DNA of 64,000 nt, from NCBI GenBank assembly GCA_012960845.1, contig DUAN01000191.1:5699-69698 (forward strand), read 5' to 3'. This DNA is from Planctomycetota bacterium. Lineage in GTDB: Bacteria; Planctomycetota; UBA8108; UBA1146. Within the stretch, counting starts at the first letter, position 1. The number at the start of each line of letters is the position of its first letter. Under the pieces are notes generated by a model, which saw only the letters and a program-made list of their open reading frames with translations, did no database searches and was not told the DNA's origin. This document shows positions 9,865-18,883 of this stretch, piece after piece. A program made the translations under genes and the position numbers.

Positions 9865-11454
9865 GTGTCCTTGACAGCAACGGACCGATCGGTGACGAGG
9901 GATAGTAGCAGTCGTGCCGGATCGGTGACGGGGGCACTGCTGATCTCGCGGCTGCTCGGCCTCGGTCGCGATATGGTGCTGAACATGTTGCTCGGTGCGG
10001 GCCCCACCTCCGATGCCCTCCGAGCGGCGCTGAAGATCCCGTCGATGTTCCGTGACCTGGTCGCAGAGGGAAGCGTCTCGGCAGCTTTCCTGCCCTCCTT
10101 CGAGGAGCAGAAGGTGACCGGCGGATTGAATGCCGCCCTTCGTTTCTCACGAGCGGCTCTGACCCTCCTCCTGCTCGGTTCCACCCTGATCGCCGTGCTG
10201 CTATGGCATTTCGCCCCTGCCTGGATGCAGCAACTGGCACCGGGGCTGGAAAAACCGCAGTTGGCGCTGCAACTGTTCAACGGATTGCTCCCCTTCCTCC
10301 TGATGGTGCCCTTTCTTGCCATCCTTCGAGGACTACTCCTGGCGGCAGACCGCAACCGCTCCGCCATGGCCGCCCAGGCCCTCCAGAATGCGACCCTGAT
10401 CGGCGCAGGACTATGGATGGTGACCGAGGTGCAGACTCCCGAGCTGGTCGCCTCCGGTTGGACCTGGGCGTTCCTGATCGGTGCTGCGGGCAGTGTCGGC
10501 ATGCTCGCCATCTCCTGTCGCACCGTCCACCCGATTCCACTGCCCACCCTGGGGCTCCGCGCTGCTGGTACCGGCCGATTCTGTCGAGATCTGATCTTCC
10601 AGCTGCTGGCCAGTTCGGTCACCTACATCAACTCGTTGATGGCGATCCACTTCGCCACCCTGATCGGAACCGGCGCAGTCACCTACCTCGACAATGCCTT
10701 TCGATTTCACTTCCTCCCGGTAGCCCTCATCGGAGTCGCTCTCGGGACCATTGCAGGGGTCGACGCCGCCAGGCTGGTGGCGAGAAAACAGTCGAGGGCG
10801 CTGGCGATTCGTATCGGACGAAACTTGCGTAATGCCCTCTTCATCTCACTCCCAGCCGCCGTCGGCCTGGCGATCCTGGCTGACCCGCTGATCCGTGTCC
10901 TGCTCCAGCGGGGACAGTTCACCGCTGCCAACACCACCGAGACGGTTGCGGTGTTGAAGATATTCTGCGTGTCGATTCCGTTCGCCTGTCTGTGCCCTGC
11001 ACTGATCCGCACCAGTATGGCGCTGGGACTACGAACGCTGCTGATGCCCGCATCCGTAGCAGCCTTGCTGGTCAACTGGACACTGTTGGCGTCGCTGGAA
11101 GGTCGCTGGGGAGTGCCCGGGCTGGCCGCGGCTTCGGTGATCTCCACCATCACCAGCTGGATCATCTTCGAGGTCGGGCTTCGAAAGCACCTGGCACTGC
11201 CGAGACCCCGTTTTGCTGCGGTGCTCCGCAATGTATGCGTGGTGGTGGCAGTCGCATCGGTGACCGGTGTTGTCCTGCAACTGTCCCGGTCACTTCCGGG
11301 ACCGACATGGGTAGCCGACCTCTTCTCCCTCATCGCAGGAGTTTCCCTGGGGATGGGCATCACCATCGTGGTCGGACGAGCCACCGGTGCGCCGGAGGTA
11401 CGGGCACTGCAGAAATTACTCCGGTCCGTCGTCAGGGTGTTTCACCGCAGTTGA
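9865..11454 (+). CDS. murJ: Lipid II flippase MurJ (MviN family)
   Basis: A 529-aa polytopic membrane protein. N-terminal MurJ signature ...LISRLLGLGRDMVLNMLLGAGPTSDALRAALKIPSMFRDLVAEGSVSAAFLPSFEE. About 14 predicted TM segments. Confidence 0.8.
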   Translation: MSLTATDRSVTRDSSSRAGSVTGALLISRLLGLGRDMVLNMLLGAGPTSDALRAALKIPSMFRDLVAEGSVSAAFLPSFEEQKVTGGLNAALRFSRAALTLLLLGSTLIAVLLWHFAPAWMQQLAPGLEKPQLALQLFNGLLPFLLMVPFLAILRGLLLAADRNRSAMAAQALQNATLIGAGLWMVTEVQTPELVASGWTWAFLIGAAGSVGMLAISCRTVHPIPLPTLGLRAAGTGRFCRDLIFQLLASSVTYINSLMAIHFATLIGTGAVTYLDNAFRFHFLPVALIGVALGTIAGVDAARLVARKQSRALAIRIGRNLRNALFISLPAAVGLAILADPLIRVLLQRGQFTAANTTETVAVLKIFCVSIPFACLCPALIRTSMALGLRTLLMPASVAALLVNWTLLASLEGRWGVPGLAAASVISTITSWIIFEVGLRKHLALPRPRFAAVLRNVCVVVAVASVTGVVLQLSRSLPGPTWVADLFSLIAGVSLGMGITIVVGRATGAPEVRALQKLLRSVVRVFHRS

Positions 11455-11497
11455 TTCGACCCGCTGAGCATCGGTTCGCACCATGAGAGAGGGTCGA

Positions 11498-12748
11498 TCA
11501 GGTGACCGAGAGTGACTGGCTGGCCACATCTTCACCGGGCCAGATGGGTGGTTCTGGGATCGCCTCGGATGGGATGGACCGCTTCTCCAGCAACCGTGGT
11601 CCCAGCGTCACCGAAGCGATGATCTCGGCGATCTGCACGCCGGCGGTTCCATCTCCGTACGGGTTGACCATCCCCTCGAGAGACGCACGGAATCGTGGAT
11701 CACGCACCTGTCGAATCCCTTCGAGGATGGCGGCCTCGTTCGCAGGGACATCGATGATACAGCGACTTCGCTCCCGGCCCTGTTGCCTGCGACCGATGTT
11801 GAGGGTCGGCAATTTCAAGGCAGGAGCCTCCATGATGCCACTCGAAGAGTTGCCCACGATGGCACAGGCGTGTTCCAGCAACGACCAGTACAGGCGGTGC
11901 TCCAGATTCACGTGAATCCGAGCATCCTCTCGAGTTTCACAAAATCGTCTGGCACGATCGCGGATCGCGCGACTGCCGGCATCGGAATTGGGAAAGCAAA
12001 ATACGATGGGACCGGAGACCTGTTCGATGGCCGTGAAGAATGGATCCGTTTCCTTGCTGACTTGCTCGTCGAGCGTCACCGGATGCCAGACCACCACAAG
12101 CGGCGGTACCTCGAGGCAGAGATCGATCCGTTCACACAACTCCTCTGCCGAAGGGATGTCGCCGCTGTACAGATGATCGATGCTGGGGGCACCGACCTGG
12201 TGAACTCTCCACGGCTCCTCTCCCGCCATCAGCAATCGCCGCTTGGCGGTCTCCGTCGGCACCAGGTGAAGATGTGCAATCGAGGTCAGGGCCTGACGAA
12301 CGGCGTGATCGACCGCCCCTTCGGAGACCTCTCCCCCCTCGATATGGGCGACCGGAATCCTTAACGATAGGGCTACCGCCGCAGGAGCCAGCATCTCGTA
12401 ACGATCTGCGATGAGCAGCAATAAGTCCGGTCGCTGTTGCGAGAGGATCTCGGTCAGGGAAAGGATCGCCACTCCGATCGTCTTCGCCATCCCGACATCG
12501 GTGTCGCTGCTGAGCAGGCACTCGATGCGATGATCGACCTGGAATCCCTCCCGTTCGATCTCATCGACGGTCATACCAAACTCCGGCGACAGGTGGGCAC
12601 CCAGCACCGCCAGTTGGAGGTCGATGTCATCGCGATCGCGTAGCTGCGTCAGCGGCGAGGAGAGGTGTCCCCAGTCTGCTCGGCTGGTGGTAAGGGCCAG
12701 AACCCTACGTGGCGAGGAACTCACTCTTCCGCTTCCAGGTCGAGCCAT
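11498..12748 (-). CDS. neuC: UDP-N-acetylglucosamine 2-epimerase, hydrolysing type (NeuC-like), nonulosonic-acid pathway
   Basis: Motif HIEGGEVSEGAVDHAVRQALTSIAHLHLVPTETAKRRLLMAGE...VHQVGAPSIDHL, where HIEGGE is characteristic of the hydrolysing NeuC family. The track ORF runs to 13075, but its N-terminal 109 aa are Arg/Gly-rich and overlap the upstream gene. The start is probably the Met at 12748 or nearby. Confidence 0.7.
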   Translation of the reverse strand: MARPGSGRVSSSPRRVLALTTSRADWGHLSSPLTQLRDRDDIDLQLAVLGAHLSPEFGMTVDEIEREGFQVDHRIECLLSSDTDVGMAKTIGVAILSLTEILSQQRPDLLLLIADRYEMLAPAAVALSLRIPVAHIEGGEVSEGAVDHAVRQALTSIAHLHLVPTETAKRRLLMAGEEPWRVHQVGAPSIDHLYSGDIPSAEELCERIDLCLEVPPLVVVWHPVTLDEQVSKETDPFFTAIEQVSGPIVFCFPNSDAGSRAIRDRARRFCETREDARIHVNLEHRLYWSLLEHACAIVGNSSSGIMEAPALKLPTLNIGRRQQGRERSRCIIDVPANEAAILEGIRQVRDPRFRASLEGMVNPYGDGTAGVQIAEIIASVTLGPRLLEKRSIPSEAIPEPPIWPGEDVASQSLSVT

Positions 12749-13605
12749 GTCGCCCAGGTACCCGGCTCCAGCCTGCTCTCCACCACCCAGGCGCGGACCC
12801 ATTCGGACGCCGAGACTCCGACCGCCTGCCCATGCTTGAGGATCTGGGTTTGCTCGAGACAGTAGTGAGCCACGGTATAACTCCACGCCCTGACTTGCTC
12901 GGCACTGCTGGTCGATCCGATCACCTCGAGCTCCCGCTGGCCGAGGGCACAGAGACCGCGAGTGGCCAGCCCGCGGGTTCCATCGGTCGCTTCCCAGAGG
13001 CGAAAGTCGATCCAGATTCGCAAGGGGAGACGGTCCGGAGTCATCGACTGACATGATTCCACGAAAGCAGGCCATGCATGGATGGTCGTGGAGGAGTCCC
13101 AGTAGACCCCCACTGCAGCAAAGGCATCTCCAAGAACCTGCGAGACTCTCGTCAACAGTAAGGCTCGCTGAACCGAGAACCCGATCTCATCCTCATCCAG
13201 AGGTGGAGCCGAATCGAGTGGAGCCGATTCGGGTGGAGCCAATTCGGCTGCTGCCGACTCCATCTCGACTCCGGACTCTGGCATCTCGGAGGTCGCCACG
13301 TCCTGCTCTTCTTCCGTTGTAGACTTCTGGCAGATGACGATCAGGTGAGAGGCGTGAGATAAGAAAACTTGCCGAGCCTCTGGCCAGTACCAGGCATTCT
13401 CGATGGGACCGTCAAGAAGTTCATTCGGAATCGGATGATCCCTTCTTGAGACCTTGACCACGACTCCAGCCACTTCAGCGATGGTGGTGATTCCGTCATC
13501 CCCCAGGCGGACGATCGTGTCTTCCCCCAGCAATTCGCGCAACCGATCCCCGATCTCGTGGGTCTGGTCAACGATTTCCGATTTCAATGCAAGTATGGAG
13601 ATCAT
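12721..13605 (-). CDS. Hypothetical protein (294 aa) with an acidic low-complexity linker
   Basis: Its start codon overlaps the stop of the upstream metallophosphoesterase gene (ATGA at 13602-13605). No recognisable family. It contains the in-frame 15-nt tandem repeat encoding ...ELAPPESAPLDSAPPLD... Confidence 0.5.
   Translation of the reverse strand: MISILALKSEIVDQTHEIGDRLRELLGEDTIVRLGDDGITTIAEVAGVVVKVSRRDHPIPNELLDGPIENAWYWPEARQVFLSHASHLIVICQKSTTEEEQDVATSEMPESGVEMESAAAELAPPESAPLDSAPPLDEDEIGFSVQRALLLTRVSQVLGDAFAAVGVYWDSSTTIHAWPAFVESCQSMTPDRLPLRIWIDFRLWEATDGTRGLATRGLCALGQRELEVIGSTSSAEQVRAWSYTVAHYCLEQTQILKHGQAVGVSASEWVRAWVVESRLEPGTWATWLDLEAEE
13203..13247. repeat. In-frame tandem 15-nt repeat, 3 copies (gtggagccgaatcga / gtggagccgattcgg / gtggagccaattcgg)
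   Basis: Seen directly in the sequence. Lies inside CDS 12721..13605 and encodes a Pro/Ala/Glu-rich linker. Confidence 0.6.
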
Positions 13606-15497
13606 TTTCTTGTCGCTTGCCTGTCCAGAAGAAGACGATCAAAGAGCCGTCCTTCGGTATCAAATGCAGAGAGCTCCATCTGGTCACCGTTGACATTCAC
13701 CATCATGAAATGATGTCCGACTCGCTTGTTGGAACTGAACCAGGTCCTGTTGGGAGCAAAGTTCTCGAGGCTTCCTCCGCCTCCACCCGTGGTGATGTAA
13801 ACCACGCCTTTGCCATTTCCGACGGTTTTCCCGCCTTCAATCGGCCAGGTCCTTTCGTACAGATGAATGTGCCCGTTGAAGACAACATCGACATGGTACT
13901 TCTCATAGAGCGGCACCAGGTATTCCTGCACCGGGGGATAGCCCTGGGTCGACGAACCCTTCCAGGTATCGCCGTAGTCATTCTCATCCGAACTCCAGGC
14001 GGGGTGATGATGATAGACCACCTTCCAGGTCGCATCGCTGGCTGCGAGGGCTCCCTCGAGCCATGTCACCTGGTCACAGTTCGCAGTGATGGTCTTGTTG
14101 GTATCGAGTACGAAAAAATCGGTATTACCCCACCGATACTGGTAGTGATATTCGGGATCAGGCATCGTGAAGTAGTCGTAGTAGAGAGCCGCATTCTGTT
14201 CATGATTTCCCAGCGTTGGAAACATCGAGTAGCGACCGAGGATTCCGGCAGCGGCAGAGAAGAACTCGTGGACCCATTCACGCTTGTTGGATCCGGTCCC
14301 GACCAGATCTCCGCAATGGACGATGAAGTTGGGACGATGACCCCACGCCAGGTCGCTGACCGCCTTGGTCACCACCGGATTGTTCTGGGTGTCTCCCACG
14401 ACCAGGAACCCGAAAGCAGTCTCATATCCCGCCGCAGTCTGGAAGGTCAAGATCTCACTACCCACCGCTTCCAACGTGTCTCCCGATTGACCTGCCGGTC
14501 GAGCACTCACGCGGTAGAAATAGGGAGTTCCTTCTTCCAGATCATCGATCCGCAAATGGTGCAATTTCGCTTCAGGTCCGGTCGCCGTCATCCCCAACTC
14601 CGCTGTTCGCCCGTATTCCACCACCGGCACCGTCGGACGAGAAGTCTCGAAGCACACGGTGATCTCGCTGCGGGTTCCCCACTGGAGATAAGGGGCCACC
14701 ACCATCGTCAAAGGTGGTCTTGGAGGATCGGACGCCACGCAGCCAGGTTTCGCCATCGATACACTCTTTACCTCGGCGACAGAGAGCGCAGTGGTCCACA
14801 TCCTCAGATCCTGAATCGCGCCGACATGGGGATTGTGCTCGTTGTCATCCTTGTAGGCTCCGATCACCAGCGGTGCCTCTTGCGGATACAGGATCGGGCC
14901 TGACTGGAGGTCGCTCTCTCCCACCAGTTGGCCGTCCAGATAGATGCGCATCGCCTTTCCATCGTAACTGCCGGCAATGTGATGCCACTGACCCAGATCC
15001 ATCGTCTGATCTCCCTCGAGATAAGTCATCATTCCATCGCCATCGTCACTGCCGACACTCGCCACGGCGATGCAGGGTGCTCCTTTACGAGTCCCCACCA
15101 ACCAGCCCTTCTCGAACCCACCATTATCCTGGAGGCATCCGAAGATCGAACCCCATTCCATCTTCTCTTCCAGCACGATCCAGGCGCTGACCGTGAAATC
15201 CTGGCGCGGAAGATGCTCCAGAACATCCCGATACTGGCGAGCCAGCAGTAACATTCCATTGGCCCCACCTCCCAGCAACAGCGGCCCACTTCCTCCATCC
15301 GCCAGACCCAGGTCTCCCGAGAGTTGCCCCTGCATCTTTCCTTCGACCGAGCCGACAACCCCCGAAGCCGAGATGAATGAATCCCTGAAGTCCCAGCGAA
15401 GCGCCGGCACAGGAGCGTCTGCTGCCAGTACGACCGTAGATGAAATCCACACGGCACAGAGTATATGCAGCGAGAATCGGGAATGGCTCGGTCGCAT
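13602..15497 (-). CDS. Secreted LamG-domain / purple-acid-phosphatase-like metallophosphoesterase (631 aa)
   Basis: Signal peptide MRPSHSRFSLHILCAVWISSTVVLAADA. N-terminal concanavalin/LamG-like region. PAP N-terminal FN3-like domain (VVAPYLQWGTRSEITVCFET...YFYRVSARP). Calcineurin-like motifs GDTQNN, GDLVGTGSN...W..FF, GNHE, GHIHLYER. Confidence 0.75.
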   Translation of the reverse strand: MRPSHSRFSLHILCAVWISSTVVLAADAPVPALRWDFRDSFISASGVVGSVEGKMQGQLSGDLGLADGGSGPLLLGGGANGMLLLARQYRDVLEHLPRQDFTVSAWIVLEEKMEWGSIFGCLQDNGGFEKGWLVGTRKGAPCIAVASVGSDDGDGMMTYLEGDQTMDLGQWHHIAGSYDGKAMRIYLDGQLVGESDLQSGPILYPQEAPLVIGAYKDDNEHNPHVGAIQDLRMWTTALSVAEVKSVSMAKPGCVASDPPRPPLTMVVAPYLQWGTRSEITVCFETSRPTVPVVEYGRTAELGMTATGPEAKLHHLRIDDLEEGTPYFYRVSARPAGQSGDTLEAVGSEILTFQTAAGYETAFGFLVVGDTQNNPVVTKAVSDLAWGHRPNFIVHCGDLVGTGSNKREWVHEFFSAAAGILGRYSMFPTLGNHEQNAALYYDYFTMPDPEYHYQYRWGNTDFFVLDTNKTITANCDQVTWLEGALAASDATWKVVYHHHPAWSSDENDYGDTWKGSSTQGYPPVQEYLVPLYEKYHVDVVFNGHIHLYERTWPIEGGKTVGNGKGVVYITTGGGGGSLENFAPNRTWFSSNKRVGHHFMMVNVNGDQMELSAFDTEGRLFDRLLLDRQATRK

Positions 15498-15704
15498 GGA
15501 ACACCTCCTCGGTCAGGGAACAAGGTGGCCATCACCTCTTCACCTGTGGATGAATGGTATTCGACAATATTGCTCGATCAAAAAAACTTTACTCCCAGAG
15601 CCTCAATCCGGGGTTAATTTGGATACATGCCCTGGCGATGGAGCCGAAATGGTTCCAGCCGGCGATAGATTCGAGGTACTTGGATGACGGTCCTCCTGCT
15701 CCAG

Positions 15705-15749
15705 ATACTCGCCCTCAGAATACTGGCCCTCAGTATACTGGCCCTCAGT
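15705..15749. repeat. In-frame tandem 15-nt repeat x3 (atactcgccctcaga / atactggccctcagt / atactggccctcagt)
   Basis: Seen directly in the sequence. Encodes ILALRILALSILAL within a signal-peptide-like region. Confidence 0.6.
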
Positions 15750-15835
15750 AGCGGGTTAGAACTGCTCCCGCTGGAGCAGCCGCCAGCGCTTCCAGAGTCC
15801 GCGATACAGGCCTCCCAGGTGCCGGGCGTCAAAAC

Positions 15836-15866
15836 CGATTCCCCGGCAGATTCCCCGGCAGATTTC
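15836..15866. repeat. In-frame tandem 12-nt repeat x2.5 (gattccccggca)
   Basis: Seen directly in the sequence. Encodes DSPADSPADF. Confidence 0.55.
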
Positions 15867-16016
15867 CGGAGTCAATATCCCGCCGGAGTCGCCTGGTGGG
15901 GAACCTGGGAAGGGGCCACCGGGGAAGCCCGTCGCAGCGGCAAGCCGATCTTGCTGCTGTCGGCGGCACCTCAGTGTCATGGCATTCCCGGCATCTGGTG
16001 ACCGGGGAAACAAGAG

Positions 16017-16808
16017 ATGGATCAGAGTCTCTGGTCCGACCCACTCGTCATCGAAGCGTCACGAAAGTTTGTCTGCGCTCGCCTGGCCACCTACGAAGAT
16101 GCGGGAGAAGGCAAGTTTCTCGAGGGGATCTACCGCGGCCGCTCGGGTCAGCTGGAGAACACTGTTTTTGTGATACTCACTTCCGATGGGAAGACGCGGT
16201 TGAGTCGATCGGGTCGTAGCCCGACGATGGTCTTTGGTGGAGCGGTCGGCTGGGAGGGCACCGTACTGGCCCTCGAGATGGATAATATTGCTGAAGCTCA
16301 CCCTCCACCCAAGGATCACAAGAGCGCCGATGGCCCAGCACTTCCCATCGCCAAGAGTGTCCGCCTCGCCGTCAACATCGCCGCATGCGACCGACTCCCG
16401 CTGGTGATCAGCAGCGGACTCGATGATGCGCAACTCCAGTCCCTTGCAACGGTGGGCTGGAAAGAACCCTACCTCGGACGCTTATGCTGGGCCTCCACCG
16501 ACGAGCCAGCACAACTGAAGAAGGTGGGAATCGAGAAACCGTCCGCTGGAATCTGGATCGTCCAGCCCGGCAACTTCGGACTTCAGGTCGAGGTGATCGC
16601 CAAGGTGGCCGCCGACGCCGACCAGCAGACGATTGCCAGAGCTCTCGACCAGGCGCTCGAAACCAGCCGCCGCGCACAGAAATATACCCGCGCCCATGTC
16701 CAGCAGGGACAGCGCCTCGGCAAGAAGTGGCAAACCGAGATCCCGGTCACCGATCCAGGTATTCCGCCGCAAGGTCGAGGGAGGCCGGGCCGTCGACCAG
16801 GAGGATAA
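16017..16808 (+). CDS. Hypothetical protein, possibly the C-terminal part of a thioredoxin-fold (DUF255-like) protein
   Basis: MDQSLWSDPLVIEASRKFVCARLATYEDAGEGKF loosely matches the region after the CxxC motif in DUF255 proteins (ESF.D.EIA..LN..FV.IKVDREERPD). It is in frame with the upstream ORF across one TGA. Confidence 0.45.
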   Translation: MDQSLWSDPLVIEASRKFVCARLATYEDAGEGKFLEGIYRGRSGQLENTVFVILTSDGKTRLSRSGRSPTMVFGGAVGWEGTVLALEMDNIAEAHPPPKDHKSADGPALPIAKSVRLAVNIAACDRLPLVISSGLDDAQLQSLATVGWKEPYLGRLCWASTDEPAQLKKVGIEKPSAGIWIVQPGNFGLQVEVIAKVAADADQQTIARALDQALETSRRAQKYTRAHVQQGQRLGKKWQTEIPVTDPGIPPQGRGRPGRRPGG

Positions 16809-16826
16809 ACCGGGCAAGAGCATCAC

Positions 16827-17345
16827 TCAGTAGGCGTAGTCATCCTGAAACGGCTGCAATCGAACCGAGGCAGCATCGGCGTGCCAGCGGGCGATCTGAG
16901 ACAGGTGTGCCAGATCGTGGGCGACCCACGCCAACAGAAGATCGCCCGCGCGCAGCGCCCCGAGGGGGTGATCCTTCTCCGCATGCCAGTCCGGATCATC
17001 CAGTGCTCCGAGCCACGAGAGCGATCGCTGCCGCTCGTCCTGGAAGAGCCGAAGTAGCTCCTGGACCGATCGATCTCGATAGTGGCGCTCATCGACCCAG
17101 CCTTGCGGGTCGATGGCGGGCCACGGAGCACAAGGATCATCGAAAATCAGTTCGATCCTTGCTCGAAAGTCTTCACGTTCTTCATCGAGCAGGTGCCCGA
17201 CCACTTCGACGAGAGACCAGTGGTCATCTTCGTGTCGTACTCGTGCAGCCTCATCGCCAACTCCTTCGACCAGAGCCGTGATGGAGGAGAGAGTACGACC
17301 CAGACTTCGGGCCGCTTCGATTTGCGGAGGCACTTGTGGATCCAT
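16827..17345 (-). CDS. DinB/YfiT-like (DinB_2) family protein
   Basis: MDPQVPPQIEAARSLGRTLSSITALVEG...HWSLVEVVGHLLDEEREDFRARIELIF...LAWVAHDLAHLSQI. The track ORF extends to 17618, but its Arg/Gly-rich N-terminal 91 aa overlap the LOG gene. The Met at 17345 abuts the LOG stop. Confidence 0.6.
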   Translation of the reverse strand: MDPQVPPQIEAARSLGRTLSSITALVEGVGDEAARVRHEDDHWSLVEVVGHLLDEEREDFRARIELIFDDPCAPWPAIDPQGWVDERHYRDRSVQELLRLFQDERQRSLSWLGALDDPDWHAEKDHPLGALRAGDLLLAWVAHDLAHLSQIARWHADAASVRLQPFQDDYAY

Positions 17346-17896
17346 CAAGACTCTCCCTTCAGTAACTGCTGCAACACCTCCAGTGCTGCCGTTCCGTCCA
17401 CCGCCTGGCGAATCAGTTCCTGATACCCGGTCGGTAGCATCCGCTGGGCGAACATCTGCTCGATCTGGTTCCACAGTGGATTCCAGAAGCCGTTGAGATT
17501 GGCCAGCACCACCGGTTTCCGGACCAACTCGAGTTGATTGAGAACCAGCATCTCGGAGACCTCCTCGAGGGTGCCGAATCCACCGGGCAGGGTGATGACG
17601 CCATCGCTTCGCTCCCACATCATCCGGCGCCTTTGCTGCATGTCATCGGTGATGTGGACCTCGGTCGATCCTTCGTAAGTGAGCCCCCGCTCGTGGAAGA
17701 AGCGAGGAATCACCGAGATCACCTGGGCCCCGGCAGCGATGGCTGCCTCGGCGAGTGCCCCCATCGAACCGATGTTGCCGCCGCCATAGACCAGTTGATG
17801 CCCACCCACGCCGATCGCAGTCCCCAGCGCAGCGGCATCCTCTCGAAAAGTGTGATGAGCCTCATCGCTGGAGGCGCAATAGACGGCAACACGCAC
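17345..17896 (-). CDS. LOG family protein (cytokinin riboside 5'-monophosphate phosphoribohydrolase / TIGR00730)
   Basis: GGGNIGSMGALAEAAIAAGAQVISVIP...LPGGFGTLEEVSEMLVLNQLELVRKPVVLANLNGFW. Classic PGGxGTxxE motif. GTG start. Confidence 0.85.
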   Translation of the reverse strand: MRVAVYCASSDEAHHTFREDAAALGTAIGVGGHQLVYGGGNIGSMGALAEAAIAAGAQVISVIPRFFHERGLTYEGSTEVHITDDMQQRRRMMWERSDGVITLPGGFGTLEEVSEMLVLNQLELVRKPVVLANLNGFWNPLWNQIEQMFAQRMLPTGYQELIRQAVDGTAALEVLQQLLKGES

Positions 17897-17905
17897 AAAT
17901 CCCCC

Positions 17906-18883
17906 TCAATGGTTGGTTCTGCGAATTCTCCACTGATCGATGGCCACCGCCAAGATGATGATGTGCCCGACGATCATGTGTTCGACGAAGTCTGGCCAGC
18001 CGGCCGCAGTGCAGCGATTACTCAGTACGGCCATCAGTAATGCTCCTGCCAACGTTCCACTGATCGAGCCCTGCCCACCGGAAAGACTGGCCCCTCCGAT
18101 GACGACTGCAGCGATGACCTTGAGTTCAATTCCAACCGCAGCGGTCGAATCTCCCACGGTCAATCTTCCAAAGAGCATGACGCCTGCCAGCCCTGCCAGC
18201 AGTCCCGCGATGGCATAGATCACGATCTTGGTTCGTTTGATCTGAACCCCGCACAGACGGGCAGTCAACTCGTTGGAGCCGATCGCCACGGTGTGACGCC
18301 CGAGAACGGTCCAGCGCAGCGCCAACGCTCCCAGGATGGTGATGATCAGCAGCAGCCACACTGCAGGGGGTAGCCATTGTCCTTCGCTACCATTCTTGAC
18401 CCAGTTGGCGATCCCATCGGTGGTGGAGATCCCTTGAGCATCTTCGGGTCGCACCGATCCATTGTTGGCGACCCACAGCGCCACCCCCCGAAAAAACCCC
18501 ATCGTCCCGAGTGTTGCGATGAAGGGAGGAAGTCGCAGGCCGACGATGAGAATTCCATTGTAAACTCCACACACCGCTCCAGTGGCCAGCGCAACAGTGA
18601 TCGCTCCGATCGCTCCCCATCCGGCATCTACCGCAAGGGCTGCACTGACTCCCGACAGGGCGATCACCGATCCCACCGACAGGTCGATCCCGGCGGAGAT
18701 GATCACCCAGGTCATTCCGACTGCGGCCAGACCGACCACCACGGTATGGGTCGCCACTATCTGCCAAGTCTTGAGAGTCATCGGCTGACCTGGGTACAGA
18801 ATCCAGAAGACCAGAACCACCGCCAGCACTCCGAGAAAGGGCGCCAGGGTGGCAAACCAGTGGCGTGGAATGGTGAACTTCAT
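17906..18883 (-). CDS. Sugar ABC transporter permease (CUT2 family, BPD_transp_2)
   Basis: A 325-aa polytopic membrane protein. Its start overlaps the ATPase stop by 4 nt. Confidence 0.85.
   Translation of the reverse strand: MKFTIPRHWFATLAPFLGVLAVVLVFWILYPGQPMTLKTWQIVATHTVVVGLAAVGMTWVIISAGIDLSVGSVIALSGVSAALAVDAGWGAIGAITVALATGAVCGVYNGILIVGLRLPPFIATLGTMGFFRGVALWVANNGSVRPEDAQGISTTDGIANWVKNGSEGQWLPPAVWLLLIITILGALALRWTVLGRHTVAIGSNELTARLCGVQIKRTKIVIYAIAGLLAGLAGVMLFGRLTVGDSTAAVGIELKVIAAVVIGGASLSGGQGSISGTLAGALLMAVLSNRCTAAGWPDFVEHMIVGHIIILAVAIDQWRIRRTNH

Larger units (their letters stand above)
15684..16001 (+). other. Possible 5' part (signal peptide plus thioredoxin-fold-like W..W.....KPILLL...QC motif) of the downstream ORF, separated from it by a single in-frame TGA
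   Basis: It is in the same frame as 16017..16808. It contains two in-frame tandem repeats (15-mer x3, 12-mer x2.5). ...GVAWWGTWEGATGEARRSGKPILLLSAAPQCHG resembles the region upstream of the redox motif in DUF255/thioredoxin-like proteins. Confidence 0.3.

Noticed and set aside
11498-13075. The full 525-aa version of the epimerase ORF, and the 263-aa version of the DinB-like ORF (16827..17618).
   Set aside because: Their N-terminal extensions are Arg/Gly-rich, domain-free and overlap the upstream same-strand genes. Internal Met starts, at ~12748 and at 17345, give proteins of the normal family length.
16002-16004. The in-frame TGA read as a selenocysteine codon.
   Set aside because: Not rejected outright, but I could not identify a convincing SECIS-like hairpin immediately downstream, and the TGA sits 8 residues after the Cys rather than in a CxxU/UxxC arrangement. 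I left it as an open finding rather than an annotation.
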